The notes beneath the pieces were generated by a model. It made no database searches, had not been told where the DNA came from, and worked only from the letters and a program-made list of their open reading frames with translations. A stretch of 64,000 nucleotides of DNA from an uncultured Elusimicrobia bacterium. Lineage in GTDB: Bacteria > Elusimicrobiota > Elusimicrobia > Elusimicrobiales > UBA9959. Position 1 is the first letter of the stretch. Each line of letters begins with the position of its first letter. The position numbers and the translations under genes were made by a program. Shown here one piece after another: positions 63,824-64,000 of the stretch. The stretch spans positions 15,633-79,632 of the forward strand of contig CAIQNV010000143.1 in NCBI GenBank assembly GCA_903873295.1. The letters are read 5' to 3'.

Positions 63824-64000
63824 TCAAAGTACCCTGCGCTCAAAAATATCCTCGGGGTTGATAACGCGCCTTTCAAGAATGAAGACGCCGCTCCCGGTTT
63901 CAAATACCAGGCCGGAGCCGTTCTCCAGCTTTACCTCCCGGCCCGCGGCCAGGACTACCGGGGACCCGGCCCCGGCCGAAGCTATCGGAAAATCCTTAAG
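63824..64000 (-). CDS. 3' end of an unidentified gene (partial, runs off the window)
   Basis: Minus-strand frame is open from 64000 to the TGA at 63826-63824 (...GREVKLENGSGLVFETGSGVFILERRVINPEDIFERRVL*). Same strand and spacing as the downstream CpaB-like genes. My own hand translation. Confidence 0.3.
   Translation of the reverse strand, partial: LKDFPIASAGAGSPVVLAAGREVKLENGSGLVFETGSGVFILERRVINPEDIFERRVL

Overview
This is a 64 kb, high-GC (~60-65%), gene-dense chromosomal segment from a diderm bacterium. The gene content (PorV-like barrel, FlgD/T9SS-like C-terminal tails, GH57 + DUF4912 glucan genes, giant alpha-2-macroglobulin) suggests an uncultivated candidate-phylum lineage, but that is inference only. 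I support about 50 protein genes, mostly housekeeping or envelope functions:
- a translationally coupled FliG_C-like/MotA/MotB/MotB/TPR operon
- pullulanase plus a DUF4015-like hydrolase
- phosphopentomutase-like enzyme, ICMT-family methyltransferase, and an M1-M28-PDZ fusion peptidase
- RluA and RluE pseudouridine synthases, two MFS transporters, ApbE, a vWA protein, GH3 NagZ and LepB
- a BMP-type nucleoside/sugar ABC transporter and a GT4 glycosyltransferase
- a three-gene secreted metalloprotease/PorV-like operon
- a 1993-aa thioester alpha-2-macroglobulin, MurB, RocD, YgiQ and RNase D
- a cysteine-desulfidase-family protein and two GH57 enzymes plus DUF4912
- a ComEC-like MBL hydrolase and a BtuFCD-like transporter behind a cobalamin riboswitch
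- a histidine kinase, HypA plus a MinD/Mrp-type ATPase, and two tandem CpaB-like genes

I saw no rRNA, tRNA, CRISPR array, transposase, integrase or phage genes.

The most unusual signal is non-coding. A ~120-160 nt element occurs four times, always in gaps between convergent genes. Its core blocks are conserved, while the helices around them differ in sequence between copies yet keep their base pairing. That points to a selected RNA or ssDNA fold that I cannot assign to a known family.

The second lead is the FliG_C-like/proline-rich protein coupled to MotA and two MotB paralogues, which may be a non-flagellar stator-driven envelope machine.

Many long ORFs in the supplied track are antisense artefacts of the high GC content and are rejected.
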